Positions 9,624-19,066 of a stretch of DNA of 41,761 nt are shown one piece after another (the first letter of the stretch is position 1; every line of letters starts with the position of its first letter). Position numbers and translations under genes: made by a program. The notes beneath the pieces were generated by a model, which did no database searches, was not told the DNA's origin, and worked only from the letters and a program-made list of their open reading frames with translations. The stretch is from positions 1 to 41,761 of the IMG/VR virus record IMGVR_UViG_3300049193_000008; one strand, given 5' to 3'. The stretch comes from a virus (taxonomy: Duplodnaviria > Caudoviricetes).

Positions 9624-11601
9624 TGCCGACGCCCTCCGGGGTGATAGCCTGCTGCATCAGCTGCTGGGATGGCAGGATTGCGGCCTCGGCCAGGGTTTTG
9701 ACGGTCTGGGCCTGCTTGAGGTCCGCATCGGACAGAGCCTGCACAGCCTTGGCTGCGTTGTCGCGCTTCAGCGTGGCGATTTCGGCCTGCATTTGTTCCA
9801 TGCCAGCCTGGGCCTGCTGCAGCATTTGCTGCATCTGTTGCATTTGCTGCTGCATCGGGTCGCCGTCCTCGCGGAAGAAGCGTGCACCGTCGCGGTAGCC
9901 TGCCAGGCCGAAAATTTCCTTGCGGATCGCCAACGGGTCGGCGTCTGGCAACGCCTGGCGCGCCTCCGCATATGTTTTGGTCGCCAGGACGAACTTCTGC
10001 AGCTTCATTTCCGGGTTGGTGGCGCCCATGCCGACATTGACCATGACGGTCAGTTCCTGATTCAGCATTTCGTCGGTGACCTGGTCGATGCCGTATTTCT
10101 GCATCAGCTGCGCCTTCTGGCCGGCGAGGGCCAGCACGGTCATATCGGTTTCGTACTGCTGCTCCAGCTTCACCAATTGGCGCAGGACCGGCTCCACCCA
10201 GGTTTCCACGAACGTGCGCAGGAGGTAGCCGGTGAGCTGGGAGGCGCCGCCGTTCAGCAGGTTCAGACCTCCGACCGTTTCACCCAGCTTGCGGTTCGAT
10301 GCGATGCTCGATCCGCTGAAATTGCCAACCAGCTCATCGAAGTCGCCGTTGATGCGATCCTGCTCGGCGTAGGCGCTGGCCGTCACGTCCGGCCAGTTGA
10401 CCTCTTGCACGTCATCGATTGAGTCGACCAGCGTCACGGAGCCGGCCACGTTGCGCTGCAGGCTGGGGATATCGACCTGCTTGCCGCGCTTCGCGATCCA
10501 GCGCTTGTTCAGCACCAGCTTGACGTTGTCCAGGCGCTGGTTCACGACGTCGTTTGCTTCGCGCTGCAGCTGCGCGCCCAGCTGCACCAGCGCGTCGGGT
10601 ACAGGCCGGTGCGCCTCGATGGTGGCGTTGCCGATCACAACAGGACGCTCGCCGGTGAAGTACACCTGGTCCAGCGGTACCGGGTCGGTCAGCATGTGCA
10701 TGCAGCCCATGGTCCAGTACACCATTTCCTCACCATCCAGGCGCACGAAGTTTTCATGACACCAGACGATTTCGATGTCGCTCAGCGGCGCGTTGTTCTC
10801 CGCCTTGGGGTCTTCGCGCCGGTTTTCGCGCTGCTGGCGCAGCGAATCGTAATCGGCCATGGCCTGGCGAATTTCGCCGTCCGACAGCGGGCGCCATACG
10901 GGCTGGCCGGTCTTCGTGTCTGGCGTGGCCATCATCTGCTTCACGTCGCCAACGTACTTAGGCACCTGGCGGATCAGATACGGCGTGGAGCCAACGACGT
11001 CCAACCAGTTGGCGCCGGGGTCGAATCGCAGGTTTTCCAGCGGGATCAACTCGACGCATGGCTTGTCGCGCACCACCTTTGGGTCACCCTCGTAGGTGAC
11101 CTGGTTGCCAGCCTGGTCAACACCGGCGATGTACTGCGGCTTCTCACGATAGTCCCAGTACTGGTACGACGCCACAATGCCGTAGATCTGCGATTCCTGG
11201 AATGCGCCGATTAGCAGTTTGAACCAGGGGATGGACTTCTGCAGCCGATAGTTCAGCAGCTGGAACATGACCTCTGCCGACGCCTGCTGGATCGGGTTCG
11301 ACTGGTTCTCAGCCTCCACGGATACCACGTCCACGTTCGAGAAGAACGCCTCGGCCGCCGCGGCTTCGTTCTTGCGCACCACGCTGCGTGTCTTCGGACG
11401 GAAGATGCGCGAGCGTGCTTTGAACAGGTCCGAGTTGTACTTGCTGCCGGCCGGATGCCGGGACTGGAACAGCGCCAAGTTGTCTTCCCACGTCTTGCGC
11501 CAGTTCGTGTCCATGTAGCTGGTGGACGCGGAGAACGAGTCGCGGGCGATGCTCAGCCAGTCGCGCTGCGCCGGCTCCGCCGTGTTGGTATCGTCGTTCA
11601 T
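9613..11601 (-). CDS. Portal protein (P22-like)
   Basis: 662 aa after terminase, with ENLRFDPGA motif and a Gln-rich C-terminal barrel helix. Confidence 0.85.
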   Translation of the reverse strand: MNDDTNTAEPAQRDWLSIARDSFSASTSYMDTNWRKTWEDNLALFQSRHPAGSKYNSDLFKARSRIFRPKTRSVVRKNEAAAAEAFFSNVDVVSVEAENQSNPIQQASAEVMFQLLNYRLQKSIPWFKLLIGAFQESQIYGIVASYQYWDYREKPQYIAGVDQAGNQVTYEGDPKVVRDKPCVELIPLENLRFDPGANWLDVVGSTPYLIRQVPKYVGDVKQMMATPDTKTGQPVWRPLSDGEIRQAMADYDSLRQQRENRREDPKAENNAPLSDIEIVWCHENFVRLDGEEMVYWTMGCMHMLTDPVPLDQVYFTGERPVVIGNATIEAHRPVPDALVQLGAQLQREANDVVNQRLDNVKLVLNKRWIAKRGKQVDIPSLQRNVAGSVTLVDSIDDVQEVNWPDVTASAYAEQDRINGDFDELVGNFSGSSIASNRKLGETVGGLNLLNGGASQLTGYLLRTFVETWVEPVLRQLVKLEQQYETDMTVLALAGQKAQLMQKYGIDQVTDEMLNQELTVMVNVGMGATNPEMKLQKFVLATKTYAEARQALPDADPLAIRKEIFGLAGYRDGARFFREDGDPMQQQMQQMQQMLQQAQAGMEQMQAEIATLKRDNAAKAVQALSDADLKQAQTVKTLAEAAILPSQQLMQQAITPEGVGNEQ

Positions 11602-11945
11602 ATCGTCAGGATTGCTTTCTGTGGAACGCCTTCGATGCAGGTGGCGCGCTCACCAGTGCTGGCGCCGCGGATGCGGTTGGCACGCTCCAGGAACTCGCCG
11701 GCCGCGCGCCGTACGTTCGCCGCCCTGGCACCGGCGTCCGCCACGACCTGGCTGTAATGCAGCACCATGCCCCAATTCGCCGCCCAGTTCGACACCGACA
11801 CGCGGACCACGGCGCCGGTGATCAGCACGAACCAGTGGTAGCCCGGGTAGGCGCGCACCAGCACTTCCAGCACGTCGCGCGCCAGCGGCATGTCGCTTTC
11901 GTGTTCGCACTCGATGCCAACAATGTGCTCATGGGGATTCAGCAC
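11598..11945 (-). CDS. Hypothetical protein
   Basis: 115 aa, 4-nt overlap with the portal start codon. Confidence 0.6.
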   Translation of the reverse strand: MLNPHEHIVGIECEHESDMPLARDVLEVLVRAYPGYHWFVLITGAVVRVSVSNWAANWGMVLHYSQVVADAGARAANVRRAAGEFLERANRIRGASTGERATCIEGVPQKAILTI

Positions 11946-11947
11946 GC

Positions 11948-12130
11948 TCAGTCCTCGCTTGGCTGATATGGGCCGCCGTTGGCGCCGCTGTCTTCGAATT
12001 TGCGGCCGTTGCTGAACTCGTATGCGATGTCGGGTTTGTTGGAGTCTTTGCCGGCGGCGCGCTGCACGATTTCCTTCCAGGTGCGGGTAGAGGTGTGCAC
12101 CAGCTGCTGCTCAGTGGGTTGCGTTGCCAT
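11948..12130 (-). CDS. Hypothetical protein
   Basis: 60 aa, fills the gap after terL with 1-2 nt spacing. Confidence 0.55.
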   Translation of the reverse strand: MATQPTEQQLVHTSTRTWKEIVQRAAGKDSNKPDIAYEFSNGRKFEDSGANGGPYQPSED

Positions 12131-12131
12131 G

Positions 12132-13673
12132 TCATGAATCCTCGAAATTCGGTGGTTCCAGGGCCTCGGCGGAGTAGTCCGCCACTTCCGGCCAGATCAG
12201 TTCACATTCCGGACCCGGTTCCGCAATACGCGCCAGCGCATCCAGCATGTCGTCGTGCACCGGTACCGGGAACGCCTTGTATTCCTGCTCGATGAATTCC
12301 TGCACCAGGTCGACCGTGCGGCCTTCGTAATTCGTGTAGTGCAGGGTGCGCGGCAGAATGATGCGGCGCTGCTCGAAGTACGGCACCAAGCGCTTGATGC
12401 GGTCGTTCTTCGGGATGATGCCGAACACTTCAGTGACGTCGAAGCGATAGTTCTGCTCCGTCATCAGCGATTCGAGGTGCTCGATGTCGGCCTGCATGCC
12501 GTATTTCTCGTACCGCACGCCTGCGCTGCGGATCGGCCGATACTTGCGGTGCCAGCGCATCACCAGCGCGCTGCGCTGCGCCAGGTTCAGGCGATCGCGT
12601 ACCATGTCCAGCACGTAGATATTCCGGTCGGCGCCCAAGCCCAGCACCCAGGCAGCCGTGTAGTCCGACTTCTTGCCCTTGCTGCCGGCCGGGTCCACCA
12701 CGATGTAGACGTTCAGGCCGTCGCGGCGGAAGCCGTCGTGGTAGCGGAGCCAATCCTCCTTGAAGCCCTGGGTTTCGTCGGCAAGTGGGTTCTGTAGCAT
12801 CTGGCACGCAAAAATGTATGGGCCCATGTCGCGGCGTTTCTGCTGCACCCATTCGGCGCTGCGCAGAACGGGAGTGCCTTCGGCTGTGCCTTCCTTCGTC
12901 AGCAGGTGAATGCGCGGCGTCGCGGTGCCGCGTTCGATCACCGTGCGGTACGCATCGTTCGCGTGGTACCTGGTGCCGATGAAGCGCCGGTACCCACCTT
13001 CGGCGCCCAGCGCATAGCTCAGCGAAAGCATGTCGCTCGTCTTGAGCATCATGTCTGGCGTGGTCACCGATTCCGGCGTCACCACGTCGTCATACACCAG
13101 CAGCAGAAAGTGCTTACCGATCGGCTGGCCGTCCACCACGCCCCAGGCTTCAACAGTGGCCTCTGCGGGATTGCTGCGGCGTTTGACGATGATGCCGTCG
13201 TCCTCGCTCCATTTCGGCGCGTCGCGGTGCGGGTTGGCGAAAAGGATGTCCGGGAACCATTCGCGCAGCAGCCTGTTGCTCTCGAACTCGAACTTAATCT
13301 GTCGCAGGAAGCGCTTTGCGATGCCGCGCGAGTGGCTGAAGATGCCGATCGTCGCTTCGCGGCCCTGCCATTCCGGCAGCGGCTCGTCACCGTGACTGGC
13401 CAGGATGTCCTGGATGCTCTTCCCGTAGGTGATGATGGCCGACTTGTAATGCTCCCGGCTCCATAAATCGAGATGGCCGTTCGGCTGCGCCTGAATCTCC
13501 CGGCAGCGCTGGAAAATCCACTCCTTTTCCACGTCCTTCCTGCCCAGCGCATAGCGCAGCAGGTAGTACAGGTCAGTCCGGCACAGCTGGCGGTTCGCCG
13601 CCACCACTTGGGCCGGCCCGCAGTTCATCCAGAAGCGCCGCAGTCGCGTCTGATAGTCCGTAAGTGTGCTCAT
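12132..13673 (-). CDS. terL: Terminase large subunit
   Basis: Variant Walker A (SREHYKS), Walker B (LLVYDD), and nuclease motifs VVDPA...SDYTA and HDDMLDAL. Confidence 0.9.
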   Translation of the reverse strand: MSTLTDYQTRLRRFWMNCGPAQVVAANRQLCRTDLYYLLRYALGRKDVEKEWIFQRCREIQAQPNGHLDLWSREHYKSAIITYGKSIQDILASHGDEPLPEWQGREATIGIFSHSRGIAKRFLRQIKFEFESNRLLREWFPDILFANPHRDAPKWSEDDGIIVKRRSNPAEATVEAWGVVDGQPIGKHFLLLVYDDVVTPESVTTPDMMLKTSDMLSLSYALGAEGGYRRFIGTRYHANDAYRTVIERGTATPRIHLLTKEGTAEGTPVLRSAEWVQQKRRDMGPYIFACQMLQNPLADETQGFKEDWLRYHDGFRRDGLNVYIVVDPAGSKGKKSDYTAAWVLGLGADRNIYVLDMVRDRLNLAQRSALVMRWHRKYRPIRSAGVRYEKYGMQADIEHLESLMTEQNYRFDVTEVFGIIPKNDRIKRLVPYFEQRRIILPRTLHYTNYEGRTVDLVQEFIEQEYKAFPVPVHDDMLDALARIAEPGPECELIWPEVADYSAEALEPPNFEDS

Positions 13674-14028
13674 GTTTGACTGGACCGCCTTCGGCGCCGG
13701 AGATCTCCTGGGCCACTTTCACGCCGTATTTTTTCGGCCGCAGCTTGGCGCAGTACAGCTCGCGGGCATAGATCTTCAACCTGGCCTGCTGCACGGCGCC
13801 TTTCGATGCTCCGCAGCTGTCGGCGATCTGGACAATTTCGTCCATGTACACGTCGGTGCGATCATCCAGCGCTGCCGCGTACATCTTCGCGAAGTCCGCG
13901 TTGTCCTTGAGCCAGCGGAACACGGTCGCCTTGCTCGGCATGCCTTTCATTGCGCAGACGGTGCGCAGGTCGGCGCCATCTGCCAACGCGGCGCAAAGCT
14001 TTTCGGCAGCCTTACGCGAATACGCCAT
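13573..14028 (-). CDS. terS: Terminase small subunit (Sf6-like)
   Basis: G.DLRTVC...GMPSKATVFRWL...F..MY HTH signature, PKKYG motif; immediately upstream of terL. Confidence 0.85.
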   Translation of the reverse strand: MAYSRKAAEKLCAALADGADLRTVCAMKGMPSKATVFRWLKDNADFAKMYAAALDDRTDVYMDEIVQIADSCGASKGAVQQARLKIYARELYCAKLRPKKYGVKVAQEISGAEGGPVKHEHTYGLSDATAALLDELRAGPSGGGEPPAVPD

Positions 14029-14040
14029 CTTTCCTTCCCC

Positions 14041-14078
14041 AAAGCAAAAAGCCCCGGAACATTGCTGCTCGCGGGGCC
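14041..14078 (-). terminator. tR'-like terminator in the late leader
   Basis: GCCCCG...CGGGGC stem plus TTTTTGCTTT on the minus strand, between the late promoter and terS. Confidence 0.6.
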
Positions 14079-14155
14079 TCGGAACCGTCCGGAGACGCCG
14101 CGGGCTCCCTTTGGGAACCCGTACGCGTCATAGACGGAGATAAATTGTTGTGCGG

Positions 14156-14184
14156 AATCTATTCCTTTTCTTTCGGGTTGTCAA
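14156..14184 (-). promoter_or_regulatory. Late promoter (PR'-like)
   Basis: TTGACA-N17-TAGATT on the minus strand upstream of terS. Confidence 0.7.
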
Positions 14185-14197
14185 GATTCTCGTCGTT

Positions 14198-14725
14198 TCA
14201 TACGATCTGCCAGTCCTCGGCCAGCATGTCGGTCTGTGGGGCCAACCATCCCATCAGAATCTCGCCGGTTGCAGTTTTCATGGTGATGCATGGCAGTACC
14301 ACGGCGCTGCCGCCGTTCTGGCGTGCATATTCGCTGTTGTTGTTCGACCAGAAGTTCTCGAACGAGATCTCGCGGCTTCCAGCGATGCCATTGCCGCCAG
14401 GATTGCACGATAGCGAGAGCCACATGCCCTTGCCATTCCAGCCGGCGCGCGCCACCTTCGCGCCTTTCTTCAGCGCTTCCAGCGCCAGGCCGAACGTCAT
14501 CCCGCTGCAAGGGCGGTAAGCCTCCTCGAACTGCGCCGCCGGCGACCACGACACATAACCGGCATGCGTCGGCACGTTCGGCTTGCCGCCGTCGAGGTAT
14601 TCGACCAGGTAGCCGGCATCCTCGCCGTTCTCGTCGGCCGGCAGTGACCAGCCACGGAATTCATTGTAGGCCGCGCGCGTCATTGGCTCGGCGTTGATCA
14701 GTTTCGTTCCGATGTACATTTTCAT
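14198..14725 (-). CDS. DUF2829 / Tad2-like protein
   Basis: MTFGLALEALKKGAKVARAGWNGKGMWL and GWLAPQTDMLAEDWQIV motifs, plus an N-terminal YIGTK...GY.SWSP domain. True start at ATG 14725. Confidence 0.85.
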   Translation of the reverse strand: MKMYIGTKLINAEPMTRAAYNEFRGWSLPADENGEDAGYLVEYLDGGKPNVPTHAGYVSWSPAAQFEEAYRPCSGMTFGLALEALKKGAKVARAGWNGKGMWLSLSCNPGGNGIAGSREISFENFWSNNNSEYARQNGGSAVVLPCITMKTATGEILMGWLAPQTDMLAEDWQIV

Positions 14726-14763
14726 CCCTTGATAGGCCCCGCAGAACGCGGCAGGGCAGCGCG

Positions 14764-15147
14764 TTACCTGTTCCCGCTGTCCACGATGTCTTCGATTGCC
14801 GCCTGCGCGTCGCGGAAGATCCGGACGAATTCGCTGATCGGCCGCACCGGGATATTGCACATCCGGCAAACAACTTCGGGCCGCGCCTGCTCGATGTAGG
14901 TCCAGTTCAGCACCAGGCGGTGCTGCAGGGACAGGTGCACCATGCCGCGCTGGATGCGGATCGCGTCCGCCGTGTCGTCGTCCAGGTTGTCGCGCACGGT
15001 GTGCCCGGACCAGACGTCGCCCAGCTCGGCGCGCCGCATGCCCTCGCACACGGCGCCCGTCATGCAGTCGGCGCCGCCGCGCGTCCGGCTAGTCGCCCAG
15101 CGCGCCCATGCTTCCAGCCTGGCGCCAATGTCCTTCCTTTCCGTCAC
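14764..15147 (-). CDS. Putative late-gene regulator (Q-like antiterminator)
   Basis: RLEAWARW N-terminus and C-terminal HTH-like segment; GTG start overlaps the previous stop; lies upstream of the PR'/tR' arrangement. Confidence 0.6.
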   Translation of the reverse strand: MTERKDIGARLEAWARWATSRTRGGADCMTGAVCEGMRRAELGDVWSGHTVRDNLDDDTADAIRIQRGMVHLSLQHRLVLNWTYIEQARPEVVCRMCNIPVRPISEFVRIFRDAQAAIEDIVDSGNR

Positions 15148-15326
15148 TCGCGCTCCTCGAATTCGTTGCAGCGCAGGTTCGTATCGGCTTCCGCCACACG
15201 CGGGTTCGTGCACTGCAAGCTGCGGTCGATGACGCGGCGCCAATGGCATCCCTTGCATGTCTGTTCCTCCTGGGTGATGAGCGCCTCGAGCGGGTCGCGG
15301 TAGAAGTGGGCGGGCAGGGCGGTCAT
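15144..15326 (-). CDS. Small Cys-rich protein
   Basis: YRDPLEALI...CKGC...C...C; 4-nt overlaps on both sides. Confidence 0.55.
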   Translation of the reverse strand: MTALPAHFYRDPLEALITQEEQTCKGCHWRRVIDRSLQCTNPRVAEADTNLRCNEFEERE

Positions 15327-15808
15327 TTCGGGAACTCCTGTGTGCGGCCGCAGTTCGGGCAGTGGACGCCCGCCGGCGTGATGTGGAACAGGTTGCAATT
15401 GCACTGGCAATGCCATAATTTCGACCCGACCATGGGCATGAATGGCCCTTGCATGCGGCCCTTGTAAAGGCCGCATACCGGGCATTCAAGCCAGCCATCC
15501 GCATCGCGCAATGCCTGCTCATCTACGACCGCTTCCCATCGGTTTTTGCAATCGATGCACAGCGCAGGGCCACGCGCATGCGGAACTGGCGATTCCGGCC
15601 GCTTGAATTCGATGACGGTCACGGCACGATCCTCCGCACCTGCATTTCCGGGCGCTTGGCGCGCACCTCGGCGGCGATGCGCCGTGCGCGCGCCAGGCGT
15701 GGCTCCGGCATGTTGGCGACGCCGGCCAGCTGGCGCGCCACAATGGCCATGCCGGCATTGGCGGCGCAGTGGATTTGGTAGACGTTGTTCGTTTTCATGG
15801 TCGTTCAA
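15323..15808 (-). CDS. Zinc-finger protein (true start probably near 15622)
   Basis: CIDC, CPVC, CQC and CPNC motifs in the C-terminal 100 aa. Confidence 0.55.
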   Translation of the reverse strand: MNDHENEQRLPNPLRRQCRHGHCGAPAGRRRQHAGATPGARTAHRRRGARQAPGNAGAEDRAVTVIEFKRPESPVPHARGPALCIDCKNRWEAVVDEQALRDADGWLECPVCGLYKGRMQGPFMPMVGSKLWHCQCNCNLFHITPAGVHCPNCGRTQEFPK

Positions 15809-16005
15809 ACGAAGTGTTTTGCGTACAGCGTGGAGATCCGTTCGATTTCCTTTTCGGTGAAATCGAGGATGGTCGCTTTCTCGGCGGCGCCCGGCAGGCG
15901 ATCAGCCAGCACCTGCATGTCGTTGCGGTCCGCCGTACGCAAGCCGCTGCGTGGGCCCAGGGTCAGCACCATTGCCAGGCGCTCGCCAATAGTGGGAGTT
16001 CTCAT
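15805..16005 (-). CDS. Hypothetical protein
   Basis: 66 aa with overlapping start/stop codons within the operon. Confidence 0.5.
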   Translation of the reverse strand: MRTPTIGERLAMVLTLGPRSGLRTADRNDMQVLADRLPGAAEKATILDFTEKEIERISTLYAKHFV

Positions 16006-16196
16006 GATTGCAGGCTCCCGATGTAGCGGTTGTAGAGGTACGCGATGCGGCGCCGCGACGTGCGCTGCAGCTTGCTCGTGTCGAAGTGGTCATTCCCGGC
16101 GATCGACACGAACGTCAGCACGTCGCTCTCATCGCCGTAGCACATCGTTTTTGGCGGCAGCCGGAAGAGCGCCTTGAGCTGGTAATCGGTTTCCAT
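16002..16196 (-). CDS. Hypothetical protein
   Basis: ATG 16196 with GAGGGG RBS; stop overlaps the next start. Confidence 0.5.
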   Translation of the reverse strand: METDYQLKALFRLPPKTMCYGDESDVLTFVSIAGNDHFDTSKLQRTSRRRIAYLYNRYIGSLQS

Positions 16197-16311
16197 TATT
16201 TGCCCCTCCAGATGCCCAGCACCTCGCTGATGATGTCGAACAAAATCCAGCCGACGATGCCACCGGCCAGCGCCACGATTGTCAATGCCCACATGGTCAA
16301 ACCCTCCCCCC

Positions 16312-16788
16312 TCAAAACGGTGCTTCTTCGGCCTTGCCCTCGGCCTGGCGCGCGAACGACAGAATGGCCAGGGCATCGGCATGGTTGTCATCGACCGGCG
16401 CGTAGCCGCGGCGCTTGGCCTCGTCGACCATCGCGGCCTTGTTCGCGTTGCCTTTGCCGGTCCAATGCTTTTTGATCTCGCCAACGCCGACGGCGTGCAT
16501 CGGGATCCGGTTCGTCGCACACCAGGCCTGCAGCATGGCCAGGAAGCCGCCGTATGCGTGCGCCGCCAGCACGCCCTCATGCCGCTTCACGTCCTCGTAG
16601 TACACCGCGTGCACCTCGCCGGCGGCGCGGCCGGTGTCGGTGAGCCACTGGCGGAACACGAGCCAGCGTTGGCCGTGGCCGCCGTGCTTGCCGGGCGCGA
16701 ACGATTCGCTGCCGCCGCGTATGCCGCCGCCGCGCATACCCAAGGCCCAGCCGCATTGCGTGCCGATGTCGATCGCCAAAATATTCAT
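16312..16788 (-). CDS. RuvC-like Holliday junction resolvase
   Basis: ILAIDIGTQCGWA, YYEDV, IKKHWTGKGNANK and DDNHADALAI motifs. Confidence 0.85.
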   Translation of the reverse strand: MNILAIDIGTQCGWALGMRGGGIRGGSESFAPGKHGGHGQRWLVFRQWLTDTGRAAGEVHAVYYEDVKRHEGVLAAHAYGGFLAMLQAWCATNRIPMHAVGVGEIKKHWTGKGNANKAAMVDEAKRRGYAPVDDNHADALAILSFARQAEGKAEEAPF

Positions 16789-16849
16789 GGGTTTGTTGCC
16801 TCCAGGCTAACGCGCGGGTGCGCGATTTGGTCTCGTTTCGTCTGCATGG

Positions 16850-17308
16850 TCAGAACTCCGGCACGTCGAACTGGACGCGTTCCAGGCCGTCGGGGACTAG
16901 GCTTGCCTGTACCGGCTCCGGCGGGTGCATGAGCGGCCAGCAATGCGCCAGCAATGCGCCCTCGATGCGCTGCATCCACGCCTTCGCCCGCTCGCCGGTG
17001 AGCGGCGTCAGCGCGCCCTGGCCGGACGTGTGCAGGTCGGTGATGATCTTCCGCGCCGATTCGGCCCAAGCCCTGCGCGACAGCACGCCGCCGTCGCGGA
17101 TGCCGTTGATCGCACGGACCATTTCCGGATGCCGGTTGATCTCGCCGGTGATCGCCTGCATGACACCGAACGACTGCCCGAAGTGGATCGGGCAATACCA
17201 TTCATCGCTGCCGATGCTGCCGCTCATGCTGCCGTACAGCGGACAGCCATACGCCGCGCACAGGTAATGCGGCCGATCGGCGACGCGGTCTTCGTGCGTG
17301 TGGGTCAT
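16850..17308 (-). CDS. Hypothetical protein with Cys/His motif
   Basis: CAAYGCP...WYCPIH; ATG overlaps the upstream stop. Confidence 0.55.
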   Translation of the reverse strand: MTHTHEDRVADRPHYLCAAYGCPLYGSMSGSIGSDEWYCPIHFGQSFGVMQAITGEINRHPEMVRAINGIRDGGVLSRRAWAESARKIITDLHTSGQGALTPLTGERAKAWMQRIEGALLAHCWPLMHPPEPVQASLVPDGLERVQFDVPEF

Positions 17309-17562
17309 GCTGGGCTCCCGTCGCGGTTGACGCGGCCCAAGACAGCGGTTTCCGGCAGCCGGTACCAGGCAAACATGCGCTCGACCGGAACGCCGGTAGC
17401 GTCGTGGATCTTCGCCAGCGTGCTCAGGGCCATGTCGTTGGCCTTGCCGTTGTGCAGCAGCGAAATCGTGGAATGCTCGACGTCGCATGTCCACGCTAGC
17501 CGGCAGTGGTTCGCGCATTTCGTGGCCTGCATGAGGCCATCAACCAGGTGGCGCATGGTCAT
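17305..17562 (-). CDS. XRE-family HTH protein
   Basis: LAWTCDVEHSTISLLHNGK...STLAKIHDATGV. Confidence 0.65.
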   Translation of the reverse strand: MTMRHLVDGLMQATKCANHCRLAWTCDVEHSTISLLHNGKANDMALSTLAKIHDATGVPVERMFAWYRLPETAVLGRVNRDGSPA

Positions 17563-18659
17563 GGCGTGCTTCCTTTCCGTTTCAGGATTTCCGCCTCGAT
17601 GCGGGCGGCGAAATCGTCGTATTGCTCGTTGCCGCGGGGGCGCATGCCAAGCTCCTTGCCCTTCGCATCGATGCCGGCACGGCTGCGCTTCCAGGACCAG
17701 TCCTCACGCGGTTTCTGCTGTGCGGTGCCACTGGCGGCCGGCGCCGGCGGGTTGCGCAGCTTCTCAACGATGGGCACCAGGTAGCCAGGCGGGATGGGCG
17801 CGGTGCCCTTGGTTTCGCGGGCGATGGTCACGGCTTCGGTCAGCTGCTCGAGCGGCACCTGGTCGGCGACCCATTGCAGCAGGTGCGGGTTGGTCGACAT
17901 GACGTTGACGCCCAGGCGGCGTAGTGCGACGGACAGCTGCACGGCCGGGTCGAGGGATAGCGGGGGATTTTCCCGCATTGGCAACGGGGCAACCCCGCCG
18001 ACGACACGCTTGTCGTCGCTCGCGCTACCACTGTCCGTAGAGTCGTCGTCGGCGTAAGGTTTTGTAGTTAACTGTCTCTTTACTGTCTCTTTACTGTCTA
18101 TACCAATCTCTACATCGTCTACCGTAGACGCTACACCGTCTACATGTATAGACGCATGAGTGTCTACATGATGCGTCTCGTAGAGTTTGCGCAGCGTTTC
18201 AAGAGACGCACCGCGAGGCGGGGTTATACCCATCTCGCGAAGCTGCCCGGCGAGCTGCTTGCATTGTTCGCGCCAGCGCTTCTGCCGCTCGTTCTTGTTG
18301 TCTTCCTTGTCGCGGTAGTCGGTGCGCTTGTCCCAGGCTTCCAGCGCGTTTGCAGCCACCACGGCGTGGTACAGCCTGCCATCCGAGCACTTCACCCAGC
18401 CGCGCATGGCAACGTTCCTGACGCGCTTCCAGTTCTTCGCCCGCGACAGGAATTCCAGCATGCGCTCATCGCTGGGCAGGCTCGCGGCTGGCACTTCCAA
18501 CCAGCTCGCGCACCACAGCGTGAACGCCGCTTTAAATTCGTCACCGCTCGATAGGCCGTATGTTTCGGACTGCATCAACTGGATCACCTTCAGCGGCATG
18601 AACGGAAGTCCGCGCAGGTCGCAGTCGGCTGGTGTCATCGGTTCCGGTAAATCGCTCAC
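17559..18659 (-). CDS. Replication initiator (DUF1376/YdaU-like N-terminus)
   Basis: LPEPMTPADCDLRGLPFMPL...LWCASW..VPAASLPSD...GWVKCSDGRLYH; located after cII; contains internal iteron-like repeats. Confidence 0.8.
   Translation of the reverse strand: MSDLPEPMTPADCDLRGLPFMPLKVIQLMQSETYGLSSGDEFKAAFTLWCASWLEVPAASLPSDERMLEFLSRAKNWKRVRNVAMRGWVKCSDGRLYHAVVAANALEAWDKRTDYRDKEDNKNERQKRWREQCKQLAGQLREMGITPPRGASLETLRKLYETHHVDTHASIHVDGVASTVDDVEIGIDSKETVKRQLTTKPYADDDSTDSGSASDDKRVVGGVAPLPMRENPPLSLDPAVQLSVALRRLGVNVMSTNPHLLQWVADQVPLEQLTEAVTIARETKGTAPIPPGYLVPIVEKLRNPPAPAASGTAQQKPREDWSWKRSRAGIDAKGKELGMRPRGNEQYDDFAARIEAEILKRKGSTP
18061..18185. repeat. Putative replication origin: GTCTAC/GTAGAC repeats and ACTGTCTCTTT direct repeats
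   Basis: ACTGTCTCTTT at 18071 and 18082 (partial at 18093). GTCTAC at 18117, 18138 and 18162, with inverted copies at 18124 and (imperfect) 18148. Locally AT-rich. Confidence 0.6.
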
Positions 18660-19066
18660 GCGCCCCCCGCCTGCAACTTGACCAGGCCGGCCACCATGCC
18701 GCTGGCCACCCTGCGCCCGTATGGAGTCAGCTGCATGAAGTGCTGGAGCAGCTGCTGCGCCTCTGGATCGTTGATGCTGTCGCGCGCCGGTGCGAAGTGA
18801 AGCACCGAGACGCCGTTGTGCAGGTAGTCAGCCGTGGTGTGCAGCCATTCGGCCAGCGCGTTGACCGTGACCGACAGGGGCATCTGCACGCCGTTCAGCC
18901 AGTTGCTGAAAGTCTGCGCCGTGGCCGGCCTGCTCGATGCGAATGTGAAGTCTCGCGCCAGCTGGGCCGGAACGATGGTGTGACCGCGCTGCATCAGCAA
19001 CTGGCGCAACCTGGTGCTGAACCCGATCAGCTTTTCGCCGCGGGCATCGATGTGCTGGGCGTTCAT
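18656..19066 (-). CDS. XRE-family transcriptional regulator
   Basis: FSTRLRQLL...QTFSNWLNG.QMP...LAEWL..TADYL..G. Confidence 0.75.
   Translation of the reverse strand: MNAQHIDARGEKLIGFSTRLRQLLMQRGHTIVPAQLARDFTFASSRPATAQTFSNWLNGVQMPLSVTVNALAEWLHTTADYLHNGVSVLHFAPARDSINDPEAQQLLQHFMQLTPYGRRVASGMVAGLVKLQAGGA

Noticed and set aside
14726-15049. Extended N-terminus of the DUF2829 ORF
   Set aside because: It overlaps the Q-like gene in another frame; family similarity starts at ATG 14725.
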